Shown: positions 11,834 through 28,494 of the stretch, piece after piece
Layout of the letters: each line of letters opens with the position of its first letter
How positions within the stretch are numbered: position 1 is the first letter of the stretch
NCBI GenBank assembly: GCA_037447605.1
Contig: CM074810.1
Span: 620,001 to 684,000 of the forward strand
Origin: Zygnema circumcarinatum SAG 698-1b
Taxonomy: Eukaryota > Plantae > Zygnematophyceae
DNA: 64,000 bases
Reading direction: 5' to 3'
The notes under the pieces: model-generated
What the model saw: the letters and a program-made list of their open reading frames with translations, nothing else
The model's database searches: none
Told to the model about the DNA's origin: nothing
Position numbers and translations under genes: made by a program

Positions 11834-14424
11834 TCCCCCCTCCTCCCCTCCCCTCCCCCTCCCCCTCCCCTCCCACTCCCACTCCCACTCCCACTCCCAC
11901 TCCCCTCCCCTCCCCCTCCCCTCCCACTCCCACTCCCACTCCCACTCCCACTCCCCTCCCCTGTCCCCTCCCCTGCCCCTTCATCCATGAAGTCGGAGAA
12001 CTTGATCTCATATGCTGACCCTTCAAAGATGACTTCTTAGGAAAGACCTGCTTCTTCTCCGACTCTATTGATCGCCATCGAATAATGGACCGGCGAGGAC
12101 CCCCCTCTCTGGGTGACTTGGGGGACCCCGGGTCTAAGTCTCCATGCTCCACTTCTCCGTTACCCATCACATAACTGTCAAACGGGGAACTCACAGAACC
12201 CGTTCTGTGCGTTGCTCCACTGTTCGTTCTATAAAGAGGGAGTCCTGTGAGGGTTGAAAGTTTTTTCAACCACGCTGCCCTTTTCGACCCGCTTGCTTTC
12301 TTGCTGCTCTCCTTTTGTCCTTCCTCCAATTTAAAGCTTTTCGATTGGTCTTTCCTCCCCTTCTCACTCCCCCCCTTCTCCCCTCCCTTTCCCGGTCTAT
12401 TGTACTCTTGCCATCTCACATCAAACTGAGCACATGCCCTATCTACAGCCCAAGCTCTATCATAGATAGTATCGGAAGAGCACCTTGAATCTGATAAAGG
12501 AATTACGTCATTACTTTCTCCCCTTGTATATTTAACCCACATTGCTTCATAGTGGCGGCTGTCAAAGCATGAGCCGCTCTCAAAGGACTTTTGTCCCTCT
12601 CCTGCAGGGTCTGCTTCCTGCATGTATCGCTGCCAACTTGAGTTCGCCATGGCTATGGCGAGAAGGCTCTCTTCCGGACTCGCAGGACGGCCATTCATTC
12701 CAAGAGCACACTCCTTAAGCCCTGCAAAAGGAAAGCAAAAAAACCCAAAACCCACATTCCGCATTATGAATAAAAAACCCTCCAATTTTCAACTTTTTTT
12801 CCACCCATCTAAAACCCCATTCCGGACACTTGCTCTGAATCTCCAGGAGAAGGTAAGTAAGGTTCAACTCGTCCCCTCACCTTCTTCCGTACACAGGGAG
12901 GTTGTCAACCACTGCTTAATTTCCACCACAATTCCCGGCCAGTATTCGGACAAATCCTTCACATCCTTAATCTTGGGAGCGATTTCGTCCTCTTCGTCTA
13001 TGGCCACAACTTTCCACGAAACGCGTGCCACCATCCCCAAAGCTTCAGGCTCCACTAATGCAAAGGCAGAAAGCACCTTCACCGGGTAAACCTCCCCCAC
13101 AGCCGCCTTCCTTGACCCAATTTCTATGACCTCTACTGGAGTTCCGTTCATCGGGAGTCCACCCAAAGTGGAGTTAAACTCCTCCGGATCGCCCCACGTC
13201 TGCGGGAGGAAGCCGTAGTTCCACTTGGCGTTCTCTGCGAAGTGGGCGGCTTTTCCGTTCCGTTCCTGGCGACACAAACGGAGGGGGTTGGCGCGTTCCT
13301 TGGCGGCGACGGACATTCGGACCCAACTGCCGCATGGAGTCGTGCAGACGAAGTTGAATGAGGACTTGGACTGGTAAAGGGGGATGCCTGCATAGGAGGG
13401 AAATCAAAGTAAAATCAAACAAAAAATCAAAATCAGAAGCAAAAGCAAAAGCAAAACCAAAATCAAAATCAAAATCAAAATCAAAATCAAAATCAAAATC
13501 GATCAAAAGGTTGATTCCTAGATTGGTTGATTTCAAGGACGAGGGCTCTTACGTTTTCGATTAAAAGTGTGAGAGGGAACGTGTAGATAATATAGAAATA
13601 ACAACAATAAGAGAGGTAAGATAGATAGAGAGAGATAATAATGTTCAGTTTGCATTCCAGCTCCTTTCCATGATGAGGAGACCATAGAGAAGGAGAGAGA
13701 GGGGAGAGGGGGTGAGAGACAAGGAGAGAGAGTATGAGTGGGAGAGAGTGAGAGAGAGGAGAAACACAGCGACAAGGGGAGAGACAGAGGGACGGAGCTG
13801 GAACTCGAGTTTAGAAAGAGAGCAAAAAACGGATGGGGTGGGAGAGGGGAGAGAGAGAGAGAGAGACAGGGGGGGAAGACCACGAGAAGAGAGGGAGAGA
13901 GGGGGATGCTGCTCGACTCAAAGAGGGAGAGAGAGAGAGACAGCCAGCCAAGAAGAAAACTGAACTTAAAGGAAATAATCACATCGACGAAAGTAGCCCC
14001 CAACCTGCACTCCAACTCCTCCTCGCCCCCACAAAAGCTTAACAACCCCTCTCCCTCCCTCCCCCTTTACCTCCCCCCACAAGAAAAAAAAAAAAAAAAT
14101 TATGGCTGCCCGCGCACCGTGCCAGGGCGACACGTGTTGGCCGCTGGCGTCGAAAAAAAGCACGCGGTGCTTGAGGGAGCCCGGCGCGCCGAAGTCAAGA
14201 GTTCGATACCTGCGGCCGGCGGCGGAAGCAGCCGTGGGGGGGGAGGGGGGCGCGTCGAACGCGGGGGTCGCGCCACGTGGCAGAGAGGGATTGGTCGAAG
14301 ACGCGGGCGAGAGGGAGGCGGTGGGAGAGGTCGAGGGGAGGAGGACGGAGTCGGGGGAGAAGGGCCGAGGGGCCTTGCGGGAGAGAGGGGGAGGGGGGAC
14401 GTCGAGGGGGGGGGGAGGGGCCAT
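10731..14424 (-). CDS. Degenerate PPA6-type soluble pyrophosphatase domain plus long low-complexity C-terminal extension, ~934 aa
   Basis: Exons 14424-14118, 13387-12881 and 12721-10731 join in frame (2805 nt). PPase-like motifs HRVLFFDASGQHVSPWHGIPL, KWNYGFLPQTWGDP, PVEVIEIG, VKVLSAFALV, SWKVVAI and AIAMANSSWQRY. Start codon is tentative. Confidence 0.85.
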
Positions 14425-14960
14425 GGCGGGGGGGGAGGGAGGGAGAGAGGGAAAGGGAGGGAGGGAGGGAGAGAGGGGGGATGTGAAGAAGGAGGGAGGG
14501 AGATGAAACAGAGGGAGGGAGACGGAGAATGTTAGAGGAAAGTAGAGAGAATGAGAACAGATAGAGAGAGAGGGGATGAGAGAGAGGGTGAGAGGGAGAG
14601 AGAGAGAAATAGAACAGGGCCAGGGAGAAGGCGTGACTGTAGAGGAAGGCAGGCAGAAAGAGCCAAAGGCGAGAGAGATAGGAGGCTGAGCGAGAGGGAG
14701 AGGGAGCGGCTGGGTGGGAGCGAGACTGAAGAGAGAGAGGTGAGTGTGGTCGAGAACAAGAGAGAGGGAGAGAGCGAGAAAGAGAGAGAGGAGAGAGAGG
14801 GATAGAGTGAGAGAGAGGGAGAGCGAGAGAGAGGGAGAACGAGAGAGAGGGAGAGAGGGAGAGAAGGAGAGGGGGCTCGCGCACTGGCGAGTATCGAGCG
14901 CTTAAGAGCCGCTTGTCGGCACGCGGGCAGCGGCGGAAGTTTTGGGGAGGGGGGACGCGC

Positions 14961-14992
14961 GACACGTGGCGGGGCGTGACTAGACACGTGGC
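14961..14992. promoter_or_regulatory. Tandem G-box/ABRE pair (GACACGTGGC x2)
   Basis: Two exact GACACGTGGC at 14961-14970 and 14983-14992, ~540 bp upstream of the PPase-like start. Confidence 0.5.
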
Positions 14993-16098
14993 GGGATGCG
15001 ATTGCAGCAGCTGCAGGTGTACGAATATGTCGGTCACGGGCGCGGCCGTACGGCCGGACAAGGGACGAGAGAATTGGGCGCACGCGGAACCCCGGGGGAA
15101 CGGGCAAGAAAAAAATACTAAAAAAAAATTCTGCAAGCGAAAAGGATCTATTTTTATGTCCTTGGTGTTCAGGTAACTGTGATTTTGCATAGAACCAAAA
15201 TTTGTGTTCGAAAATTTTCCGTTTATTGGATATGTAAATGTTTTCCTGTTAAGGAAATGCGTTTTTTGGCTGTTGAAAAGTCAAAAGAAACATTTAAGGG
15301 CAGGCTTTCTGTGCTAAAACCTTTTTGACGGAAGCTGGGAGTCCGTACAATGTTTGACCGTTCCGAGCAGAGTCGCGTCGCGACAGACGGAGCCATAAAC
15401 GGACGCTGATGTGGACCCACAGCCCTTGTCTCTATCGATTAGGCCAAGATTGTGGCTTCTCTGCAATGTACAGTCCAAACCTGTCTGCCGCCCAAGAAAG
15501 ATTCGCCGTACGGCAATATGTACGGTCAACGGTCTCGTGTCGGTCCAGCCGTTAAACGCGTCAGGGGCCGACGGGAAAAACGGAAAACGGACATTTAACT
15601 GGATCGCCGCTTGAAACTTTGGACATTTGTCCTGCCACGTGGTCAATTTTGGCCTTATATTATCTGACAAAATCAGGTACTTTCACACCGACATAAGTTG
15701 TCGTCTTCTGTAAAGGCTACTGTCGGTGGCAGGTGGCACCTCAGGTCACCGACATTCCAGCCTTGTCCTGATTTGCTCAGATTATTGGCGGCGCCCTCTG
15801 GGGCCAACGGAAGGTATTGTCGTATTAGGACCAGCCTCGACCGTACAAAGTTCGTACGCACAACACGCCGACCACGACCTGGCATGCTTTTGGCCTTTCA
15901 TGGACCGGTCACTAGGCGACGGACTGTTTTTGTCGCTTTTTAACCGCCGCAGTCGGAGCCCAGCGCAAGTCACCGCGGTCGCAGAAGCCGTACGGCTGCT
16001 GGGGCAAGTGGCTGCACCTCATGCGACGAAAGTATGGCCGTACGTTGCGTATGAATATGTACGGTCGCATGTGTCGTATTGTCCTGTACAACTGCTAA

Positions 16099-16327
16099 GG
16101 GTAACTCTACTGCACCCCCGCGTTTTGTCTTTCGNNNNNNNNNNGGGGAGGGGAGGGGAGGGGAGGGGAGGAGAGGCCAGGGGAGGGGGGGGAGCGGAGG
16201 GGACGGGAGGGGCGGGAAAAAGATTTTTTCCCGAAAAATTCAAAACTGGGGGGTACCAAAACGGGCAGGCAAAATTTTCAAAAGGGGGGTGCGAAAGACA
16301 AAACGCGGGGGTGCAGTAGAGTTACCC
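16099..16327. mobile_element. Non-autonomous Mutator-like TIR element
   Basis: Perfect 36-bp TIRs GGGTAACTCTACTGCACCCCCGCGTTTTGTCTTTCG at 16099-16134 and 16292-16327. 9-bp direct TSD AACTGCTAA at 16090-16098 and 16328-16336. An N-gap inside makes the true length uncertain. Confidence 0.85.
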
Positions 16328-17356
16328 AACTGCTAATTGTCCGGACTATTGTTTAGCAGAGGAGGTACAGTACTGTACCAATTAGAAATTGTACGGATCA
16401 GCAATGTATGTACGGAGATCTTTGTTTTGAATGGCACGATGTACGAATGAACAGGATTTGTGACTGACCATTGGCAGATAGAGGGACCTTTACAGCGAAA
16501 CAAGTGCATGGATCTCACGCTTCAGCGTTCTTACTGTCCTGTTCTGTTCCTGGTTACTCCATGCGATTACAGTGTCGGAAATTTGGCATTCCGTGTTAGG
16601 CCCACATGGAAAGACCGTACAATTACAGTTACAGTTCCAGTGTCGTTGTGGCAGTAGAACGAGGATAGTTCTGACTTGGAGGCCGCTTTCCATGTCAAGT
16701 CCTACGACAGGTCAGAATTGGCGGAGAATTTTCCCGTTTTTAAAGCAGCTTAGAAATAAGATGAAGGTGAAACTCTCAACTTGAATAAAACCCTAAAGAT
16801 AAAACCACTCCCAGTCTTTACAAAACTTAAAACGTTTTTTTTTTTTTTTTAAATTGTAAAGTGAAAAGCAACTGCAGTAGAGGGAGGGAGGGAGGGAGAG
16901 AGGGAGGGAGGGAGGGAGGGGCTTCTGTTGCCACTTATGTCCCCATTAAAGTGAGATGCAAGATGGGCCCGGATGTGTACTTGCGGCCAACAGCGAGAGA
17001 GGGCTCTCAGCGCTTTACAAATTGACAGTGTACTTTTACATCGCCGCCGGCAGACGGCGGAGCGAGCGCTACTAACCCCAATCAACCTCCTGCCCAAAAT
17101 GTACAATTTATAATGTGCCAAAAAAATAGAGAGAGCGATAGGAGATATAGAGATAGAGAGAGAGATAGTGATAGAGATAGGGATAGAGATAGGGGGGAGA
17201 GAGAGAGAGAGGGGGGGGGCGATTGAGAGAGAGAGAGAGAGAGAGAGGGAAAGGGAGAGGGGGAGAGAGAGTGAGAGAGAGAGGGGGAAAGACAGAGAGA
17301 GAGAGATGGGGGGAGGGAGAGGGAGGGAGGACATCATTCGAAGCAGGCCTCCAACC

Positions 17357-18345
17357 CTAATCTTCTTCCAAGTTTATTTGATCTTTGAACTTTCCGTAAA
17401 GAATTCTCTTCAGCTCTGCGAGCTGACCCTCGATCTTCTCCTTCTCCCTCTCCAGCTCCTCTCTCTCTCGCGCGTTCTTCTGCGCGAGCTGTGAGAGCGC
17501 CTCCTCAACATCCTCCTTGGAACTGTGAATGAAGACTTCTCCTCTCAAATAGCGCACCTCCTCTTCATCCGTCAAAATCAACTCATTTTCTGCATCTTCC
17601 AAATCTTCTGATAGCTTCTGCAAACGATGCAGGCCGAAGTGTCCCTTTAAGGCTTCTCCCTATCAATGATTCAAAACGAAGCCAGAACAATGGGCAGGTG
17701 GAAGCATGTTCCTGTATAAAACATGCCTAAATTCTCATCAATTGGGTTTCTTACTCTCATTAAGGGAGATTACGAAGAGTTTTAGTTCTTCATATTAAAA
17801 AGAAAATGTGTTCTTCCGCACCTTCTTCAGCTGCACGAGGTCCTCTATTTCGTGCTTTCGATTGTTCAGTCTCCCAAAAGTGTTAATGTTCTGCTGGTCC
17901 TCCCATGTCACCGGCGTCTCCTCCTTCCGCGCCTACAAAATTAAAACACCCAAACCCTAAAATTCTCAACACATGGAAAACCACACATGCTGTTGTTGAC
18001 ATTCAGGAAGCAAAAACCCACAAACCCAAAAACTCAAAAAACTCAAAAACCCGCCCCGGGAAATTGCTTCATATCAGCATTCTAAGGATCTCATTGACTG
18101 CTATCTGAGGAAAGCAAGAGAACAAAAAAATGATGAAAATTCAACCACTTCAGCACCACAGCATTGCAGACGCCCACTACTGAGCTGCATGAGCAACCCT
18201 AATTTCCTCCGTTGTCTGCTCCATTTCAGTTTCAAAAATACTAATCTTCCAACATTCAATCGATGAAAATTTAACAGTTTAATAGTTTAAGTCCATGCAG
18301 TGAGTCAGAGAGGAGGGAGGGCCCCTCTCCTTTCACCTGCGCCAT
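17357..18345 (-). CDS. PFD4: Prefoldin subunit 4
   Basis: Exons 18345-18337 (MAQ, tentative), 17932-17822 ([21 protein letters not shown]) and 17617-17357 ([12 protein letters not shown]...[18 protein letters not shown]). Confidence 0.93.
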
Positions 18346-19594
18346 GGCGGCCTTCCTCCCTCTCTCCCTCACCGCGAGAGTGGTGCCTGGCAGAGGACGC
18401 AGAGCCGCGTTCCATGTGCCCGTACAGTACTACAAAACTATTTTTTTTGTTGTACAGTATTAAAAAGCAAAACAACAAAAACAATTCATGCATGTCTTCA
18501 CAATGCACGAGTGTACGGCAATCCCTCTTTTTATGGTGCGGTGTCTTCAGCTTTTGGAAAAATAATGTTTTGTTGGATATTTTGTTAAACACATGATTCC
18601 ATGCCTCATGCGCCATGAGGCCAACAATGCTGTTCACAACTTTCCATCTCACAATGTAAGCAGCAGACGCGTGCTGAATGCTCCTAAAGCAGTTAAGTTA
18701 AATTAAGAAGAATTAAGAAGTTAAGTTTAATTGCAAACCTTACTTTTTTCGCTTTGTTTTTGTTTGTCTTCACATTTCTTGATGTTGTTTCCCCACTTTG
18801 TTGTTGCGCCAAGCGAAGGTGCTGATTTTGTATGCAAGAAAAGACAGCGATGAAAAAAAAAAGCCTACAAAACCAAAACCAATTTTTCCCTAAGATCATT
18901 GAACCCCCCTCCACTGTCCTCAGTGCCTGTAAGCTTTTTCTGATCAAAATCAAAATCATTCATGCAGAGGGATCAAATGCAGTGTACACGTTAAGAAGCC
19001 AATGAAACAAGTCAAAATTGAGAAAATATTGCAAAAAAAGTCTATGAAGGCTTTTCGTTTACTAATTTCTCATACTCCCAACTTAGTTAAATATATATCG
19101 CCCGAGGCTGATCACTTTATTCTGGTGGGGATTATGATAAACAAAGAAACAGCTAAGAAAAACATATATATATAGATCTAAAAAAAGATGCGCGTTCAAT
19201 TACGCCGAGCAATGAATGGCCCAACTTTGTTCGTTGGAAAATACAGCTTCAGACTTAGTACCATTTCCTCTTCCCAACTTCAAATTTTCAAGCTCTAACT
19301 CTTTAGCTTTATCCAGAGCCTTGCCTCTCCTAACCTAAGAAAACAGTTTCAGTTTCAGTTTCTTTATGTCACATACAATTTCTTCTACGTAAAGAGACCT
19401 TTCAGAGACACGTAGACCAATACATACTTCATTTTCCTTCACCAAACATTTCAAACATCCCTGAAACAACCCCCTACATTCTTGAGTACAGAAAAACCCT
19501 GCCCCCTACAAATAAGACTTTTATTTACCATCTGTACAAACGAAGACTTATTTTCCCTCTCCCTCTTCCTTATGTTGGACCCACACCCCCTCCC

Positions 19595-21303
19595 TCACAG
19601 AAGTCCAAGGCTTCTGAGCTCCCTCAGATGGTGCGGCTGAATGGGGGGGAGCCCCCCCCCCTCCTCCTCCTCCTCCGCCTTGTCAAGGTCCTCCACAACG
19701 AACTCCTGCGAGAGCTCCTGCTTCTGCAGAATGTACAGGTGGCGCTCGCTGATTCGCTGGCCGCATATTATGGCCACAAAGAAACCGTAGAGTGTCCCTA
19801 CCACAAGGAGGAGGAGCACTGCACAGCCACGGGGGAAAGGGAGGTGTGCTGGTCGGAGGGAGGGAGGGAGGGAGGGAGGGAGGGGGGGAGGGAGNNNNNN
19901 NNNNGGGAGGGAGGGGAGGGAGGGGAGGGAGGGGAGGAAGGGAGGGAGGGAGGGAGGAAGGAAATAGTGGAAGTGGAGCAAAAAATGAAGGTCTGGGTGG
20001 GAAGAGAGAGTTGACCAAAACTGACACCAAACTGACCTACAGTAGTCACAAAGCCATAGGGCTGCTCTGCGTAACCAAAGTCGTACTTGAGCTGATCGCC
20101 ATACACAACGTACACCAAAAACCCCAATGTTCCAACTATCTGCAATGTCCAATCATCCATAATTAATTTGTTATATTCCCATATGTAGTGGAGTATGGCC
20201 GAAAGGGAAAATGGCATCGGGGTCGCTATAAGCAAACAACGAAATGTACGTTTTGCAAAGTATAGTATGTCGTACAATGAGCCGCAACATGCTTATAATC
20301 TACTTTCCTCCAGATAAAATACCGGCTGGTACGGTGGAGAGAGGGAGAGGCGATAAAGACGAGAGAGAATGTAGCTTGAAAGAGGTTTCAGGGCTTACCA
20401 ATTGCACAAAAAGAAAGATGAGGACATGATCCCGAGCCACAAATATTTGAAACTTAAGTTTCCGCCACCAGCGGTCTGGCGGGATGTTTTCTCGCAGTCT
20501 AAAGTGAGCTCTACATTCAGTGCAGTGCCCAAATGCAAAACCTTCCTGCATAGAATCACTGAAAAGGACTCATCAGTCGACTGAGATCATGGGGATTCAG
20601 TCCATAAATTCATGGCCTTGGATGCATTAAGGGGATCACTCACTTTGGCGGTTCTCCAATGATCCAAACATGAGCGGTGAACATATTTCTGAGTGCCTTT
20701 ACATTGGCATGGCGCAATTAAATCGTCACCTGTAAATGGCAGCAAATGTGGGGAAACGTTAAAGTATTTAGAATTTAATAATCAAATCAGAGCTTTCAAC
20801 TTATCAGTGTCGAGGAGCAGCAGTTCTTGTCTTTCATTGCACGCAGGAGGCAAAAGAAAAGGAATGAAATTCAAACAAAGGGAGGGAAAAATACCTCCGT
20901 ATTCGAGGCATATCCTACAAAGAGACAGGTCTGAACTGACAGGAGAGGCGATGCTGCTTTCAAAAACTGAGCTTTCCTCAGCAACATCGTTTGAATCCTG
21001 CTGCAGAATTATCAGAGGAACCTCATCTGCTCCTTCACCCACAAGCTGCCCCTCCCACGCCACATAGTGCTCCTTGGAAGCTTCATAATCATCAGAAAGA
21101 GCGCTGCGGGCCCACTTTCTATGCTCTAAGCTCTTCTTTCCGAACCGCATAAGAGACGTGCTCTCCATGTCCTCCTCTCCCTCCCGCTCTCCCTCTCCCT
21201 CGCCCTCTCCCGCTCCCTCTCGCTCAGATGTCCCATCTTCTGGTGCAAGGAGAGAGACTTCACTCTCATCTTCAATGTTTTCTTCCTCCCCTTCTTGTGG
21301 CAT
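19595..21303 (-). CDS. RING-CH (RINGv) membrane E3 ubiquitin ligase, At1g11020/At1g50440-like
   Basis: Five exons (21303-20895, ~20729-20644, ~20545-20398, 20139-20037, ~19818-19595). CRICLE..DLIAPCQCKGTQKYVHRSCLDHWR..CTEC, followed by hydrophobic segments and ICGQRISERHLYILQKQEL. Confidence 0.9.
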
Positions 21304-21783
21304 CTTTTAATCGTTAGCCTAACCTTAACCTTCTTTAACCTAACCCTAACTGCAGTCTCAAAAACCGAAGGCACTGGCGTTCAGGCTACTTCCACTTGAA
21401 CCCTAACCATAACCTAACCCTAATCGAAGTCCCAGCTGAGCCTTCCCCTCATGTCAGCCCCATAGCTCTAACATAGCGCCAACACTAACCCTAACCCTAA
21501 CCCTAAACTTCATGCAGCCCTTCCTGCCCACGCGAAATCCTTGAAGATGAGTGTGAGAGTTCACTCGAATCCCATGAAGAATGATAATTTCAAAATGCAT
21601 AAATATTGCAGGTAATGCATGGCCATGGCTGGCAGCAGACGAGCTTGCACAGCCATGGCCATGGCTTCCCTCTCCTGCCAAACGCCACGTGGCGAGCAAC
21701 TGTTGCAATTTTCAAACCAGGCTGCAAATGGATAAAATAGGGGGAGTCAGACCTTGACCATCGCTAAATCAATTTCGTAAGCC

Positions 21784-22054
21784 TGTCGGGCGAATTAAGC
21801 ATTGGCTAGGTACAGTACGCATTTCGGTACGGCTGTGTACGGCGGAGCAGCGGATCCCGACCCGGAATTCGTACACGAAACTTTGACTTTTAGTAGAAGG
21901 TATTCGGGAATTGAGTACGCGATGGTCAATGTCTGACTCACCCTTCTACTAAAAGTCAAAGTTTCGTGTACGAATTCCGGGTCGGGGTCCACGGCTCCGC
22001 CGTACACAGCCGTACCGAAATGCGTACCTAGCCAATGCTTTAATTCGCCCGACA
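21784..22054. repeat. Long inverted repeat (foldback), arms ~115 bp, 41-nt loop
   Basis: 21784-21900 pairs with 21942-22054, including a perfect ~45-bp inner stem. No clear TSD. Confidence 0.9.
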
Positions 22055-22744
22055 TGGCTTGCTAATCGGGTGGTTTCATGTGATGGAAAGCCAGAAAAAC
22101 GCAGTTCTATCTGAAAATCCAAAAAAAGAAAAAACAGCGAAATTGCCACTTTTATCGCCCACATGGATCCCCGTTTTAGGTTACCTTTCTATTTCGATAT
22201 TTCACATGTATCGCGATATATCGCTATGCGATATCGATATGAGTCGACAGTGTCGTCTTAGCACTGTGCTGCTCCACATTTGCTGTTTGGTAAATTCTGG
22301 GTGTCTCTGAATTCAAAATAAATAAATTAACAATAGAAAATATGGGTAAAACGAAAAAAAGATTATCCATAACTCAATAATATTTTGTTAAAAAAAAAAA
22401 AAGGAAGAAGACCCTGACAACCCATAGCAGCAGTGAGACAAAGCACCAACTTTTTTTTTTTAAACTTTCAAAGCGAGCCATCCTTGACCATCCGTTTGGG
22501 CCCTGATTTCCTGAACCCTAAACCTACAAAAGCGTCGACAGAACGACCCCAGAGAACCAAAAGAGAAAAAGGCCCTATTCGATTGCACGGAATTAAATAT
22601 ACATCTCACATCGAACTCTGTTCAGAACTGGCCAAAAAATTTCCCTGAAAAACGCTCCTCAAAAAAAAAACCCGCTTTGGCAAAAGCACGAGCCGAAGGA
22701 TTCCCCTCCCCTGTACATGCAAAACTCAAGACAGCCCTCTCAAC

Positions 22745-22958
22745 TGAAACTAGAATTAAAACTAAAACTGAAACTGGAATGAAACTGGAACTGGGACTAT
22801 AACTGGAACTGAATGTGGAACTGAAACTGGAACTGAAACTGGAACTGGAACTGGAACTGGAACCGGAATTGAAACTGAAACTAAAACTGGAACTCGACTG
22901 AACTGAAACTGGAACACAGGAACTGGAACTGGAACTGGAACTGAAACTGAAACTGAAA
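22745..22958. repeat. Hexamer minisatellite (GGAACT/GAAACT)n
   Basis: About 30 degenerate units just downstream of the glycerol kinase stop. Confidence 0.85.
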
Positions 22959-23020
22959 CTGTTGCTTTGCAGCCCTTGTATACATCTCAAAACTGGCTTG
23001 AAAAGTTCCATTTTTATTTT

Positions 23021-27239
<4,219 letters not shown>

Positions 27240-28494
27240 NNNNNNNNNNGGAGGGAGGGAGGGAGGGAGAGGGAGATGGAGAGCGCGAGAGAGAGCGCGA
27301 GGGGGAGGGAGAGGGTGGGAGGGAGGGAGGGAAGGAGAGGGACAGGGAGAGAGGGAGAGAGAGCGCGAGAGATGGGGAGAGGAAGGGAGGGAGAGGGACA
27401 GGGCGAGAGGGAGGGAGAGCGCTAGGGACGGAGGGAAAGGAGAGAGTGGGGAGAAGGAGAGGAAGGGCGCCAAGAGACGGGGAGCGGGGGAGGAAAAGTG
27501 GGTGGGACCTCAGTGACTGGAAACCAATCAGAGACTGCCATGTGTACAATTGGATGACGTGGCAAGTTATGAATTGGTCCATCTAGGAAACAGGGCTGTG
27601 CACTTAATTTCGACCGTTACCTTTGAGGGAGATCGATGTGCGAATAGCAGAGAAACTGCCAAAATTTGGGATCCCTTGAGGATTAGAGCACATGGCATGG
27701 GCGGACATCAGCCAATATTACAGTGCCACGTGGCATTATTACCACATAGAGCCTCGTTTGAGTCACAGCTTTTTCAGTTTCACGGCCAACAGCTACAACG
27801 GCCTGCCCAGACATGTGAAGCGATTCCGTATCAGTTTTATGTATCTAGTTATGTTGGCGCCGTTACTGTAACTGTGACGGCGACTGTGACTGCGATTCTA
27901 CTTTGAAATTAACTGTGACTGTAACTTGAGTGTTAGTGTAGCTGTGAGTTCAAGTGTAACTGCAACTGTACATGTGCATGGGTGCACAGCCTCTGTACCT
28001 GGCTGGCTGCAATCGTCCCCATGGCGCCTTAATGTGATGCGGGGAGGCTATCACTACTGCAGAAAGCCATGGATAATTAAACCTATCAAACCAGTAGTCT
28101 GTATCCGTACTAGGGTTTGATGGGGCTTCAACCTTAAGAGCATATCAGCATTACAAATCGCAGCAGAGTTTATGACTTTGACTAGCGCCTGAAGTCAAAG
28201 AAAACCCTAAAAGTGGCGCTGCACTGTACGCTTGAACGAGCGACATGGCATGGCATGGCTATGGCATGGCATGGCATGTCGTCTTGTCCATGCATGTGCC
28301 ACTGATGGCTCTGCCGATGGCCATGGGCTCATCCTGATCCTGCAATGACTCTACAAACCCTAAAATTCTGAAACCACGCAATAAACGCAACCCTCAAATT
28401 TGGGGAAAGTAAAGTGGAGGCCTGCAATCCTCTGAACCCGAAAGCCCATAAGTTTAACTGAACCCTGGAACTGAAACACGAAGAGGAGGTGACC

